Part shown: positions 41,900 through 57,136 of the stretch, piece after piece
Numbering within the stretch: position 1 is the stretch's first letter
Layout of the letters: each line of letters begins with the position of its first letter
Source: Octopus vulgaris
Lineage: Eukaryota
DNA: 64,000 nt
Assembly (NCBI GenBank): GCA_951406725.2
Contig: OX597840.1
Coordinates: 18,910,001 to 18,974,000, forward strand
Direction: 5' to 3'
Notes under the pieces: generated by a model
Database searches by the model: none
What the model was told of the DNA's origin: nothing
The model's input: only the letters and a program-made list of their open reading frames with translations
Position numbers and translations under genes: made by a program

Positions 41900-42906
41900 A
41901 GCAAATAAATTCATGTGAGTGTTATTACTTCTAATTTAATAATGCTACCAACAATAGCAACAACACTAAGAAGAAGAACAACAATGGTGTTGATGATGAT
42001 GATGAGGAGGAGGGGGTGTTGATAATGATGATGTTTGTTGAGGTTGTGGTGGTGGGTGGTCGTCGTCGTCGTCGTTTGTTCCATTGGCCACAGAGGCGGA
42101 AGACGTTAAATAACGTGAAAGACGAAATGCAACTCACCCTCACCCGAAACGAAGACATGTCGGAGTTTTTACAACGACCAAAGGGACATTAGCAAAAGTA
42201 AGGACATTACAAAAGTTACACTAAAGCATAAAAGCAGTCTAACTATTCCACCCACCCACCCCAGGACTGTGTTTCATACCCCCATGTTTTCCCCTCCACT
42301 CCCTAACTAGGACAACGCAACCTTCGCCTTTCGTCTCACAGAATATTGCCAAGGGCCATTCTCAAGAAACTGTCGCAAAATGCAGCCGTTGTTGCGGTGT
42401 GGAGGTTTCTATGCCTCGATCAGGCTGGGAGTTACACCGATGGAGTGGAAACTTCTGGAAGGACCTTCTATGCTGGAGAGGTCAAAAGGTAGAGGTCAAC
42501 CGATCAGCCAAATAATCAACCAAAAAGCCAGCAAGCCAACCAACCAGCCAGCCAGCCAGCCAACTGGACAACCAATCTGCCAGCTAGCCAGCAAGTCATC
42601 CAACCAACCCGCCAACCAACCGACTGAGCAATTAACAAGCCAGCCAACTCATCAGCCAGCCAACAAACCAAGCAAGCAACCAGCCCACAGGAAATAATAA
42701 GGTACATCGCTTGATAAATACGTCTATATATATTCATATATTCCTATGTAATTAGGCCAGGTTCTCTAATTCAGTAATTAAGTTGCCAAATTCCTTTGGG
42801 GAGTTGAATTTCACAGCAAGGCTTTATACACATACATACACATGCATACATACTTATATACATACATACACACGTATACATACCTATATACATACACACA
42901 CACATA

Positions 42907-42947
<41 letters not shown>

Positions 42948-43511
42948 AACATGCACACACACACACATATGCTATGTATATATGCATTTATGTATGTATA
43001 TCCTTGTAACTGTATGTTAATTTATTCATAACATATGCTGTTTTGGTAAATTCCTTGACGATTATAAAATAAGTTTACCTGGTTTCTAGATAAGAGGAAG
43101 AAGAAGAAGAAAATGCGGTTAATGAAATTTCTTTCCTGACACACAGACCGGAAATGGGTTGCAGTGTTTCGCAGTGCATTCATAGAATGTTTTCCTCTTT
43201 CATCCCCTTTTCCTCCCTTTTCCATCGCTCTGGCACCTCTCAGTCTGTTTTGTCCAATGGATGCATTTGAAAATTCTCTCTGTAAATTTGTTTACCAATT
43301 TATCTTTAGAGAAGTGAATAAAATATTGTTCTTCCATGCATAAAAGACAGAGAGATTTCCCTTTATCTTAAGGAAAAGATCTAGAAAGCACACGTTCAGT
43401 AATTTCAAATAATATCCACCCGAAACCTAGTAATACTTAATGCAAGCTTCTTTGCCATATTCTTCGATCTTACTCCCGTTAACTTTTCTTTTGTTTATCA
43501 GTGTGCACAAT

Positions 43512-43554
<43 letters not shown>

Positions 43555-43592
43555 TTATAAGTGTGAGTAAGGCTTTATTGTAATGTGTTAAT
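41897..43592 (-). repeat. Segmental duplication, copy 2
   Basis: Reverse complement of 18993-21381 without the long CTT tract. Confidence 0.92.
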
Positions 43593-43700
43593 ACCTGTCA
43601 ATATTTGGGTATAAATGTCTGTATATATTTATAAGACGAGATCATTAAAGTCTAGTTATATGCTTATGAGAGTTATAGTGAGTTTACAATTCTATGATTT

Positions 43701-43743
<43 letters not shown>

Positions 43744-44111
43744 AGACACAGACACACACACACACACACACACACACATTTATATATATATACATACGAA
43801 AACAAACGAGTTAAATACGTAAACAACGAGAGAAAAATGAAAAACAGGACATGTAAACACAGAGAAAAGACCTTTCATAAGTTGTCGACTGTCTATCTAC
43901 TCCTCATTTCGAGCATTCAGCAAGAATGTGCGTCTTCAAAGACAGTTGCTCCCATAAATTCTAAAATGAAATTTTGGAATTATGGGGTGGGGTGGGGAAC
44001 AAAGATGGGCACATACAAGGAAACCGAACGAAAACAAACATGGAGGGCCGTTAGACCAGAACGAGGGGGAATAGTGAGCGGTGGGAGAATTTTTTTTAAA
44101 GAGAAAATATA

Positions 44112-44182
<71 letters not shown>

Positions 44183-44292
44183 ACCACTCCTGAGCCCTTG
44201 TATTTATATACATATAAATACGTAACAGGCACATTTAATATATGTATTCATATATTATTAGGCATATATATATGTATATGTATATATATATG

Positions 44293-44349
<57 letters not shown>

Positions 44350-44428
44350 ATAAATATTAGGGAATAAATCCAAAATTACAGGGAAAAAAATCAGATTTAG
44401 GATTAAATCCAATTTTATAGTAAAACAT

Positions 44429-44607
44429 TATATAATATTAATTGGAGACAAAACCACTATTTTGCAAATCAAACAAGGAAAGACTTAATCAATACATAAA
44501 AATTTTAATATAAAGTAAATAAATAAATATTTACTTTATATTAAAATTTTTATGTATTGATTAAGTCTTTCCTTGTTTGATTTGCAAAATAGTGGTTTTG
44601 TCTCTAA

Positions 44608-44620
<13 letters not shown>
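44429..44620. repeat. Palindrome (~90-bp arms) adjacent to (TA)n
   Basis: gagacaaaaccactattttgc..taaagtaaat / atttacttta..gcaaaatagtggttttgtctc. Confidence 0.88.
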
Positions 44621-44640
<20 letters not shown>

Positions 44641-44675
44641 AACTTACTTGGAAATTGATGCGTGGTGTTTAATCA

Positions 44676-44722
<47 letters not shown>

Positions 44723-45079
44723 TATATGGGTACTGGGCGTCACCAACTGTAAACAACGTGAAATAAGAAAGCAAATGAGTTCAGTACGCAAATAACGAGA
44801 GAAACAAATGGAAAGCAGGACAAGTTGTCGTTTTTCTATCTACCCGACGTTTCGAGCATTGAGCGACAATATGAGTCTTCGAAGATAGTTTCTCCCATAA
44901 GTACCAAAATAAAATTTGGTATTTATGGAGGGCCAAAGTCGGGAAAAACAGGACAGTGGAGACATACAAGGAAACCGAACGAAAATAAGCATGAAGGGTC
45001 GATAGACCAGAACAAGGATAAAATATATTCTTTGACAAGACAAAAGAAAGAAATATATTCTTTGACAAGACAAAAGAAA

Positions 45080-45299
45080 GATTCCCAGACCGGGCGTTGC
45101 GAGTGTTTATTGAGCGAAAAATACCTAAAGCTCTACGACGCTCCGGCGGTGGTAGGGGCGATCCCTGCTGTACTCTTTCGCCACAACTTTCACCCTTTCT
45201 TCTGTTGGTCATTTGAAGGCTAAAACAATGCGAAGCGCATTGTGACCAGCGATGTGTAGCAACATCTGATAACCTGGTCGGTCACGGTGATCACGTGAT
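45080..45299 (+). mobile_element. SINE family D, 5'-truncated
   Basis: Homologous to the reverse complement of 36366-36620. Confidence 0.75.
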
Positions 45300-46106
45300 T
45301 TACCTCAGGTTATGCCATGCTGACGGTTTCTAATAAGAATGAAATGTCACTCTATATGATTACTAATGACTAGCATTTTAAGATCTTCAAAATAAATAAC
45401 CAACAATAAAAAGTAAATTTAGATATGTATATTCTACATATTTTCTACTTTGTTCTTCGGTTTTAAAATCAAACTTGTAATGCCGCAAAATATTATGTAG
45501 AAATGATTATCTCCCTTACACAAATTGGCCACCAGGGAACGCCACGTACTAAATGTCCTTAAGACAGTCCTAAAAGAAAAGAAAGATGATCACGTGAGGA
45601 AGAGAAAGATGGACGATGGTCACGTATAAGCAACGAGAAAGAGAAACGGGGAGAGAGAGAGACAGATAGATAGAAAACGGTGAAGGGGAAGGGAAAAGGG
45701 AATTAGAGAGAAGACAGTATAGGGTAGAGTCGCAGCAAAAAGATAAAGATTAACTTGTTTGGAAATGGATACGTGACGTTCAATCAAATAATAATATGAA
45801 TAACACACACACACACACCCACACACACATTTTTCTTTCAGGACTGTGTAAAGAGCAGCACGTATCCTATTTCTCTTTTCAGATCTTTTCTCTTGTCAGA
45901 GAAAATATTTCTCCAGCGTTCACTATTTTACCCACGTTCTGGTCTAACGACCCTCCATGTTTGCTTTCGTTTAGTTTCCTTATATGTCTCTACTGTCATG
46001 TTTTTGTTCCGTTTGACCTTCCGTATTGAACTCATTTGTTTTCGTATTTCATATTGCTTACTGTTGGTGACGTACAGTACCCATACATGCATGTGTGTGT
46101 ATATGT

Positions 46107-46205
<99 letters not shown>

Positions 46206-46460
46206 GTATGTATATGAATATATGTACACATATATGTACAATAGGGATAACCACTAAGTGGACATCCATTATGCTAGTCACTGGTTTTAAATTGATATTA
46301 ATTAAATTAATATTCAATTTTTCACCTATATTTATATATGTGCATACACGCACATGTATAAATACATATATACACATATATACATGTATGTGTATATATA
46401 TATATCTGTGTGTGTGTGTATATATATACATGTATATATATATATACATATATATATGTA

Positions 46461-46571
<111 letters not shown>

Positions 46572-47574
46572 GCTTGTATGTGTGTTTAGTTTCGTAGAAA
46601 GGAATATGATTATATGAATGCTATATAAAAAAAACGACTCATAATTCTTTCGTTGCTATTAAGACTTCGTGGATGTTCGGTCAATATTCGTAATCAACGA
46701 CATTCTTTTAAGTTCTTCCATGAAGTAGGACTATATTCAACCTCTTATGGAGTCAGTCGGTGCTGATATTGGTTTTAATATTTGATGTCTTCCAGGGAAC
46801 TTTTGCGTCGTAATCAAACTGATTCAAACTTAGTCATAGCACATATTATTCGCCGAAAAGGTGAAAGAAAATGTAGTATTGCCGCACGTCCTTTCAAAAA
46901 AGTGTATGTATGTATGTATGTATGTATGTATGTATGTATGTATGTATGTATGTATGTGTGTATATATGTATGTATGTTTGTATGTGTATATGTTATGTAT
47001 AGATATATACATATACCTATATATATATATTTATATTTGTATATGCATACATACATGTATAATATATATATTATCTATATATGTATAATATATATATGAT
47101 ATATGTACACAGACACACAGACACACAAACACAAACACACACACACACATATAGTTCACTTCCGGATTCTCTCATTCTGTGAGAGCCTCAGTTCAAATCG
47201 CACGTGTCTCAAATGGGCTGGAGAATTTCTATTTTGGATGTATTTGGGGTACTTAATTGTGCTCATGACTTAGTGTTTGCTTCTTCCGTGGGTATAAGTA
47301 AGTATCTCATTTATTTCTTTGCCGCATTTATCACTGACCAATATGGTAATAATGGAATTTATAGAAATTTATGTCGACCTTTTTTGAGTAGCGTGCGTAT
47401 TGTGAAAAATTATATGGTTATGGACAAGGTGTCTAATTTTGACATATTTGGCATTAGAAATTTTTCGTTTGCTCTTATTTATAAGTTATTTATAAATTTA
47501 ACCTTTAAAGGTATTTTTTAATATGCTGGCCATTGATAAAATTTTGCTTCGAAAAAGTTTTATCCTACATTAAA

Positions 47575-47607
<33 letters not shown>

Positions 47608-47613
<6 letters not shown>

Positions 47614-48296
47614 GAAATATTAAAATTACTAAGTCTCTCTAAAGGAGATTACGGCAGTGTTACTGGATATTAATAGTTATCGCCATACTAATATGGCAGT
47701 CTAAATATAAGACTAAAGCTGTCGCTGTTTAGCTCCAAGAGGCCACCGCCTCTAGCTAGCTATATGACACACGAACCTGCGTCCATTACAACCTTCGAAC
47801 AGGGGAGGTCAGCCGCTTCACCTTGCTAGTCAGACATCTGCAGACATGTTTCAGGGTTGTTGCCCTTTATCAATGCAGCGTAGTCAGAACCAGCAGGTGT
47901 CGCTACTGACCGTCTTTTCGAAGATTTTATTTACCTAGTTACAGTGGAATACATCCACTTGTTTTCAATAATAGAAATATTAAAATTACTAAGTCTCTCT
48001 AAAGGAGATTACGGCAGCGTTACTGGATATTAATAGTTATCGCCATACTAATATGGCAGTCTAAATATAAGACTAAAGCTGTCGCTGATTAGCTCCAAGA
48101 TAAAGAGCAACAACCCTGAAACATGTCTGCAGATGTCTGACTAGCAAGGTGAAGCGGCTGACCTCCCCTGTTCGAAGGTTGTAATGGACGCAGGTTCGTG
48201 TGTCATATAGCTAGCTAGAGGCGGTGACCTCTTGGAGCTAATCAGCGACAGCTTTAGTCTTATATTTAGACTGCCATATTCGTATGACGATAACTA

Positions 48297-48303
<7 letters not shown>
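47608..48303. mobile_element. 360-bp unit, partial head-to-tail copy, then inverted copy, between (TA)n tracts
   Basis: 47608-47740 repeats at 47968-48100; 48099-48303 is the reverse complement of ~47667-47871; HHR-like motif at 47838-47878 (-). Confidence 0.85.
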
Positions 48304-48336
<33 letters not shown>

Positions 48337-49946
48337 CATATACATAAATATATAAAACAAAGGATGTCTGTGTGTGTATCTCTGTGAGTAATACTTATGC
48401 ATTTCTACAGTTTTCAACCGATTTTCACCAAGCTTTATATACACATTACTTATGTGCTATGGATGGTCATGTACTTTACTATTTTGCCCACAGATCCCGC
48501 TTAATGCAACATACCGACCGTGAAAAAAGTTTTTCACATGGGTTTTTCTCCCCAAAACTGCAACTTTCGATCGATTCTCTCCTTTTGACTTGTGCACTTT
48601 TCAAGCGATTCTTCCCCCTTTTCTCTCTCTCTATCACTTTTTCTTTTTCTCACTTTTACACATCAAGATATCTGTTTCTTTCTCTCTCTCTCTCTCTCTG
48701 AAAATTGATTTCAGTGTATTTCAATTTCGTTTGGTGTAAATCTCTTTGTCTTCACGCTATTTGTACATTCTCCTTACAACATTACTTATTAAAACTTTTT
48801 TGCACTCCGGCTGTTTAAATACACTATTTACATGTCTCCGTCTATAGAAAACCGTTGTATAATATTGCTTCACTTTTATTCTTTCACTATTGTGTGTGTG
48901 TTTGCGCATTCGATACATACGAGATAGTAAGAGACAAATCAAACCACGACGACGACGACGATGTTACATATAGGAGTGTGTATGTGTCTCTGAGTGTATG
49001 TGTGTGGGTGTATGAGTGTCTATGTCTCTCTGACTTTGTGTGTGTTCCCTGTTAGATACGCTATTAAACACACTGAGACATCTACACATACATATACACA
49101 TGTGACGACTGACATGCATGAATGTATGTGTCTCTCTTCCTGTATGTATGTGTCTGTTTGTGAGAGTGTATGTGTGCGTATCGTCACATTTTGTATATGA
49201 ATGTGCATGTGTTTACGCGTCCGTTACCCACGTTTTAAACACACACATCTACACAAACTCTTGACAAAAAACAATTACATAGAAGGTCCAAGTTATAGAC
49301 ACGTTTACCGTTCCATTGATATTTCATAATTGTCGTAACAGTTGCAGGGTTGCAAAGGTATTTACAATTTGCTTATATTTGGTTACTTTACACTTTATAC
49401 AAAAATACAGACATACTAGATACATACAACTGCTTACAAAAATAGACTTTAATGTACATTTTTTTCTATGTACATAAATTTTTGTTTAAAATATTGAGAA
49501 AAAATATGTCACCAAAGGAAAATGTAATCTCTCTAGAAACATCTATAAAGCAAGGAGGAGGGCAGAAAACGGAAGGCGAGAGTCTCAAGAGATAAGGAAC
49601 TTCCTCAACATCAGCAAAGACATACTACAGCACGTCAGGTGGTGAATGGGGTATCAGAGGGAGAGAGACGGAGAGAGGGAGGAGAGAGGAAGAGAGAGAC
49701 ATGGAGAGAGATAGAGAAAAAGATTGAGAGAGAGAGATATGCGAATTGTGGAGAGAAGGAGAGAGATCTGACTGATATATATATATGTGTGTGTGTGGGT
49801 GGGTGGGTGTGGGTTGGTCTGTGTGTGTAGGATGTATAGATATTTGTATATATATATATATCCAAATATCTATATATTTGTGTATATGTGTGTATGTGTG
49901 TGTGTGGGTGTGGGTTGGTCTGTGTGTATAGGATGTATAGATATTT

Positions 49947-49996
<50 letters not shown>

Positions 49997-50085
49997 AAAT
50001 ATCTATACATCCTACACACACAGACCCACCCACACCCACCCACACACATACACACATATCTATATATATATACATATGTATGAAT

Positions 50086-50249
50086 GCGCAGGAGTGGCTG
50101 TGTGGTAAGTAGCTTGTTTACTAACCACATGGTTCCGGGTTCACTCCCACTGCGTGGCACCTTGGGCAAGTGTCTTCTACTATAGCCTCGGGCCGACCAA
50201 AGGCTTGTGAGCGGATTTGGTAGAGGGAAACTGAAAGAAGCCCGTCGTA

Positions 50250-50291
<42 letters not shown>

Positions 50292-50503
50292 CGTGTATGT
50301 TTGTGTGTCTGTGTTTGTCCCCCTAGCATTGCTTGACAACCGATGTTGGTGTGTTTATGTCCCTGTAACTTAGCGGTTCGGCAAAAGAGACAGATAGAAT
50401 AAGTACTGGGCTTACAAAAGAATAAGTCTCGGGGTCGAGTTGCTCGATGAAAGGCTGTGGTCCAGAATGGCCGCAGTCAAAATGACTGAAACAAGTAAAA
50501 AAA
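50086..50503 (+). mobile_element. SINE family A, full length
   Basis: Head gcgcaggagtggctgtgtggtaag, B-box GGTTCACTCCC, internal (TA)n, tail gactgaaacaagtaaaa. Confidence 0.92.
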
Positions 50504-50517
50504 ATGTATATCTATAT

Positions 50518-50647
50518 AATTAAAATCTTAGGGTAGCAAGAATATTTATCGAAAAAATTCTTAGTTTCCAGAACCTATAAAGGTTTATAGGTTCTGGTAA
50601 CTAAGAATTTTTTCGATAAATATTCTTGCTACCCTAAGATTTTAATT
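50518..50647. repeat. Palindrome (~64-bp arms)
   Basis: Centre cctataaa-gg-tttatagg. Confidence 0.9.
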
Positions 50648-50805
50648 AATGATAAAATGTTTTTTGGCTAATTCTGGAAGAAAATTGGCAATTTTACTTA
50701 GGGCTGGTTGAGTTCCGCATCTGCGCAGTAGATTCGAAAAATTAGAACCTATAAAAGCGTAGCTGATTACTTATAGCTCCGTGTCTATATGTTCAGTCCT
50801 GGCAA

Positions 50806-50892
50806 CCTACTGAAGAAGCAGCGCCAGATATGGGCTAAAGTTATTTTATTTCAATCTGTATTTAAGTCTGCAGAAACCTTGCAGGGTCTAGG
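50806..50892 (+). ncRNA. Type I hammerhead ribozyme motif with long stem II
   Basis: ccta CTGAAGA a-gcag..ctgc-a GAAA cctt-gc-aggg TC tagg. Confidence 0.75.
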
Positions 50893-51220
50893 ATTAAGGT
50901 AAAAGTTTTTATTTTCCAATCACCTTCGGAATTACAACAATTAGTGGCTTGGAGTTTAACTGCTCTTTCTAGTGAGTCAGATATACTATTCTTTGGGTAT
51001 CTCTTTTGTGTTTGAATGTACACTGTATTCTTCTCTGTATATATATATATATATATATATACATCTCCATATATATATATATATATATATATATTCCCAT
51101 ATATATACTATTTATATATATGCGTGTTAAATATATATATATACATTATATATATATATCTACGTTTATAAATATATACGTACACATATATACATGTATA
51201 TTACACACATACATCTATGC

Positions 51221-51294
<74 letters not shown>

Positions 51295-52023
51295 ATCTTT
51301 TTACACATGTGTATATGTGTGTATATTTGTGTATGTTTGTGTGTGTGTGCGTGCCTGTGTGTGTATGCGTGCTTGCGGGCGCGCGTGTGTGTAGAGGAAA
51401 GGGAAATTACGAAATATATACCATAATCTATATAAATGATAAGGATCTAATTAATAATATTTAATTATCCTTACTCGGAGATAATCGATATATGAAAGGA
51501 ATATTATGTAATCCGCATAAAAAAAACGGAAAAAGAAAACATGACTCCATCCACAGATGTATTTATAATCAAAAACACATAAGACTAATTAGTCATTTAT
51601 TTTTTGATTCGATTAGTCTTTAACTAGTCTCAAACATTGGATTAGAGCCATGCTAGTGGCATGGCCATCGAATAAATTATGGATTTCATCAAGAATTTGT
51701 ATGTTACTTTGGGTGTTAGGCTGAATCCATCATTTAGATTAGGCACTTAACCGCCGCCATTTTGGCTTTGGGTGATGTTTCGTGGATTCTATGGATTCTC
51801 AGAATAGCTTTTATCCGTATCTTTCATCTCGCTGAACTTGGATACCCTAGAAAAACAAAATAAAATCTATGATAAGCAGTATATTCCCGTGAAAAGATAT
51901 CAATTACAACTATGATGTTGCTAATGAAACATGTTCTTTATCTACTTATCCTCTTTGTGATTTTGGATAATAAGAAAACTATACAAAGGAATCCTTCGAA
52001 TTTAACTAATTTCTATATTTTTT

Positions 52024-52110
52024 TGCAGCTGAAGATTGCTCTATATTTTAAATTGATGTAATATTTGTATTGTTCAATTAAATGGAGTCGCATGAAACGA
52101 TCGTACTGCA
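52024..52110 (+). ncRNA. Type I hammerhead ribozyme motif with long stem II
   Basis: tgcag CTGAAGA t-tgc..gca-t GAAA cgatcg TA ctgca. Confidence 0.75.
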
Positions 52111-52259
52111 TTACATCTTGATATCCTTGTTGCTTATTTCGATTATAATCACCCTATTTTGAATTATATGAATAATACCATACTAAATTCTGGTGCCCTT
52201 AACTTAAGTACCATATTCAAGTGAATCTAAATTTTACTGAACTTATATATATATATATG

Positions 52260-52339
<80 letters not shown>

Positions 52340-52710
52340 AAAGTAAGATAGGGGTTATGAGTGTAACCCACTATGGGATATCAATTATCCAATATACTGT
52401 TGGTAAAGTACCAAAATTCTTAAAACATAAATGTTTTTAATTGCAATGCAATTAATTCATTTATTGTATTAAACGGGTGAAGGTAAAGAAATATTTTTAC
52501 CGTAAATTTATAATACAATTAAGAAAATGGAGAAACAAATTTAGTTTGTTCATCAACTTACGGATATTATAATGTTGGATTATTTATTCATTTAACAAAA
52601 TGAGAACATCAAAAGTATACAAAATATTTTATAAATCAATAGATAATATAATAATACAAATACAGATTTTAAAAGTCATATTATAAATTATTGAAATCCA
52701 TAAACTACTT

Positions 52711-52842
52711 CTTACAGCTGTTTCAGCTTATGGTCAAAAGTGAATCTAATTTTCATTGCCTATAGATGTCAACATATTAGGGTTGTAGGCATTTAAAAAA
52801 TATAATACTTTTATGTTAAAAGAACCATAGGCCTCGTCAGAG
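52711..52842 (-). ncRNA. HHR motif with a ~105-nt stem II domain
   Basis: rc: ct CTGACGA ggcctatggt..accataagct GAAA cagctg TA ag. Confidence 0.6.
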
Positions 52843-52944
52843 TTTATAATTAACTTTAAAAATATAATAATAATATAATATACTAAACATGCTGCACGTA
52901 TTACTTAATATATACAAATAAACAATAAACAAATATCCAAAACT

Positions 52945-52975
<31 letters not shown>

Positions 52976-53265
52976 CATATAAAAAATACATATATACATA
53001 CATATACATACACAAGAAAAGCGTACATACTATTCACATGCGCAAAATACATTCATGAACACCATTGAACAATATATTACATTGGATATACCATGCGTCG
53101 TATACTTACGTAAATACATTAGAACGTATATACACTACTATGTTTATCAGTAACAACAATATTATTGCTTTAACGATAATCTTCAACATATCATACATAC
53201 TATAATAATGTCTACTAACATATCAGAAATTCACGATACAAGGTTCAATATATATATATATATTC

Positions 53266-53320
<55 letters not shown>

Positions 53321-54014
53321 AGCGCATACAAAATACATGCGTATAAATATATAAATCAGACAATCATAATATAGTTATTACTATGTACATCCACGTAACG
53401 CGAACAAATTCAATTTTAAAATCCAAAATAGTAATTCTAAACTTTATGTCAAAGCTGAATTTAATCCACAATGGTTATGCTTCTGTTTTATGCATATTAA
53501 AGATTTAAAAAATATATTGGGAGTTAGGGAGCGATCATTTTAAATCTTAAGCTATTTCCAATTCGCTAATTTGTTTGAACCTATCCACTTGATTTGTTGT
53601 AAACAATAGGAGGTCAGGTCAGATTATTAGTTAAATAAATCATATTAGTTTATCTAAACTAAATATATTGTTATATAAAAGTCCATTCATTTATATGCTA
53701 AGACTAGGATAGATATTTGCAAAAAAACAACAAAACAAACAACTATATCTTCAATCGCATTTTATACCTTCGAGATGCATTTGTACTCACATACATAGCT
53801 ACGCTATGTATAGTATATAGTACGCTATGTACAAGTATATAAAGAATGTACAAATATGTACACATAAAAAAACACTTAAACAAATAAACATACGTTGCAC
53901 ACCTTAAACGTACATCCAATGAAATACATATAAATATATGTATACATCAATTCGCATATACACAAGCATACAATCATACATGTGAATGAAAATACTCTCA
54001 CATACTGTCAATAA

Positions 54015-54048
<34 letters not shown>

Positions 54049-54386
54049 GTACAGTCCCTCTTACAATCCACATAAAGAGACATATATACACATTCAAACA
54101 TACATACATACATACACACTTATCCGTACACCTATGTTCATACACCTACTACATTCCTACATCAATAATATACAGATGTCTACAAAATTAACTCTATTAA
54201 TAAGTATGTCAACAATTATACATGGATAGATAATTACAAAAAGCAAACATTAGTAGCTCCAATCAGATTATACTATCGAAATACTTTGTACTCACATACA
54301 TATCTCCGCAAACGTATCTCCACAAACGTAAACAAATAAACATACGTTAAAGACTATGGACATACATCCATTTAATACACACACAC

Positions 54387-54485
<99 letters not shown>

Positions 54486-55069
54486 GGTAAAAACGGTAAG
54501 ATAACAAAAGAAAGAAAGAGACCTCAATATTATGTAAATAGAGGAAATTTATCTATAAAATAATGTTACAATTACTCAATAGTCAAGATAAAACTCTGAG
54601 TTTCAGATGCCGAAGTGGAAATCCACAACACCATCTCTTCGGTTATCTGGCCATCTGAAAAACGCTATGAAAAAATACCGTTATATAAAGGGAAATTACT
54701 GTAATTCTGCTACTTATATAAAATAAGATTAAAAGTTCATAGTAAACACGTAAACATGGTTACTCATACGTTCACAAGTGCGCTCGCACACTCACGTGCG
54801 TACTTATGCATCACTGTGAAAACATACACATCTTCACTCGCATTTTTCGCCAAATGTATACGCATATATATACAAACTCATACACACACGCGCGTAACAT
54901 AAAAGTTCATACATACGTCTATATATGCACAAGCACAAGAAAAAACATGGTTAAAGGTAACAGAAAAAAACATAAGGAAGTATACAAAGCGTAAAAACCA
55001 CGTTCATATACAGACATGTCCTTATGCACTCATACACACACACGCCCATATATGTACATACCAGCACAC

Positions 55070-55117
<48 letters not shown>

Positions 55118-55470
55118 GTATATATCAATTTCCACATACACAAGCATGCAATGGATCCACGCGAAGGTACATACAATAAAATCACATATCCATAAACTAA
55201 ACAAATACTAGTATATTCATGAATGTATGTACATGCAGACCTACCTTACACAAAGCTACATATTAAACAACAGATGTAAATGTACACCAATACACCCATA
55301 CAACTCCATATACATACAAACAAATACAAGTATATAAGGAGTATACATATATATACACATGTATTTATAACCCCACAAGTAATTATACATCATTGTTTAA
55401 ATATGTAAAAACATAATACCAATACCAGTAAAAGCCAGACTACATGCATACTCATAGATGCCAGTATATA

Positions 55471-55568
<98 letters not shown>

Positions 55569-55927
55569 CCCCTACATAATACAAACCTATACGATCATCA
55601 CATACACAAAAGTGTACTGAAGTCTATTCATAAGATCTAATATACAAGAAAGATAACGTAACATAATACTTAAAACTACCCCATGCATGCGTACAAATAA
55701 ACATAAATAAATAAATATATATATACGTATGCATCTACATATATACAAATCCATTTGTGACCTTAATATGGTTGGTACATTGATACATACTTTATGCATA
55801 ACTATATACTAAAAAATAAATGTAAATATATATCAATATACGTAAATATAAAGATATATTTGCAAACAAGTACAAGTATATAAAGAATGTACAACTATGT
55901 ACACACAAATAAACACTTATATAAAAA

Positions 55928-56320
55928 CTAGCAGTATCGCCCGGCGTTGCTCGGGTTTGTAAGGGAAATAATTATATAAGCATTTTTAGAGATGTAAAGT
56001 ATAATAGACATCTCAATATGGCTAACCACAAAGGGGGAGGGTGTTACTGTAGCTTTTTACGTTCTGAGATTTAATAATAAATTTTAGAGAGTTACTTCCC
56101 TTATATATGTAAAAAATGGATTAAAAATGGGAAAAATTGATGGTAAATTTTTTTTAAATCGTAGACTCATCGTAGACGCGCGCTAATACCCAGACGGTCT
56201 CGATATGAATCACGACTATAAGATACCCGGTTTTGGTTAAACTGCACCGCAAAATGTGGGAGTAGTTAGGAATCTAAATCGTAGGAGACAGACACACAAC
56301 CTCACTTTTATATATAAAGA
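55928..56320 (-). mobile_element. Non-autonomous Helitron-like element
   Basis: rc 5' TCtttatatataaaagtg; 3' cccgagcaacgccggg hairpin plus CTAG; A/T flanks. Confidence 0.8.
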
Positions 56321-56383
56321 TTTCCTCTATTTACATAATATTGAGGTCTCTTTCTTTCTTTTGTTATCTTACTGTTTTTACCA

Positions 56384-56414
<31 letters not shown>

Positions 56415-56492
56415 AATATATATATATAGTTACAGAGATGTACTTGCATAGCAAGTGACTTGATCTGAGATCGTGTGCTGGAACGAAAACAG

Positions 56493-56751
56493 TTGCAGCG
56501 TTGAAGGTGTTTATAAGCCATTTAAGAAACACACAAAAACCGTTAGATTCACTTCAACATTTAAATTTAATTTGTGAAAATATTTTCGTCGCTTTGAGAC
56601 CGCGACCTGTTAGCACGATATTTTTGTCAGTGAACAGGTCGCGGTCTGAAAGCGACGAAAATATTTTGGCAAATTAAATTTAAATGTTGAAGTGAATGTA
56701 ACGGTTTTTGTGTGTTTCTTAAATGGCTTACAAACACCTTCCACGCTGCAA
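56493..56751. repeat. Inverted repeat (~118-bp arms) with an HHR-like variant at 56625-56671
   Basis: Arms are reverse complements; tgtca GTGAACA g-gtcgc..gcgac GAAA atat TT tggca. Confidence 0.8.
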
Positions 56752-56769
56752 TATATATATACAAACATA

Positions 56770-56805
<36 letters not shown>

Positions 56806-57136
56806 TGTATGTGTGTATATGTGTATGCATGTATGTGTGTGTGTGTGTGTGCGTGTCTGTGCTTGTGATTGTCCTCCACCACTGCTTGACAACGAATGTT
56901 GGTTTGTTTACATCCCTGTCACCTAGTGGTTTGACAAAGGAAACAGATAGAATAAGTACAATGCTTACAAAAATAAAACTGGAGTTGATTCATTAAACTA
57001 CAATTCTTCAAGGCATTGCCCCAGCATGGCCACAGACCAATGGCTGGAAAAAGCAGAAGAATAAAAGAATACATTCTCTGCTTTGGTCATATGTTGAAGG
57101 CATGAGAAAGCTTGAGTTTACATGAGAAGGCCTAAC

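Noticed and set aside
47204-47521. 105-aa non-repetitive ORF
   Set aside because: No recognisable motif and a non-ATG start; probably a TE remnant or chance ORF.
48350-48960. Helitron-like 5' end (tatataaaac..gtctgtgtgt..aaccgattttcacc)
   Set aside because: No 5' TC or 3' CTAG terminus could be placed with confidence.
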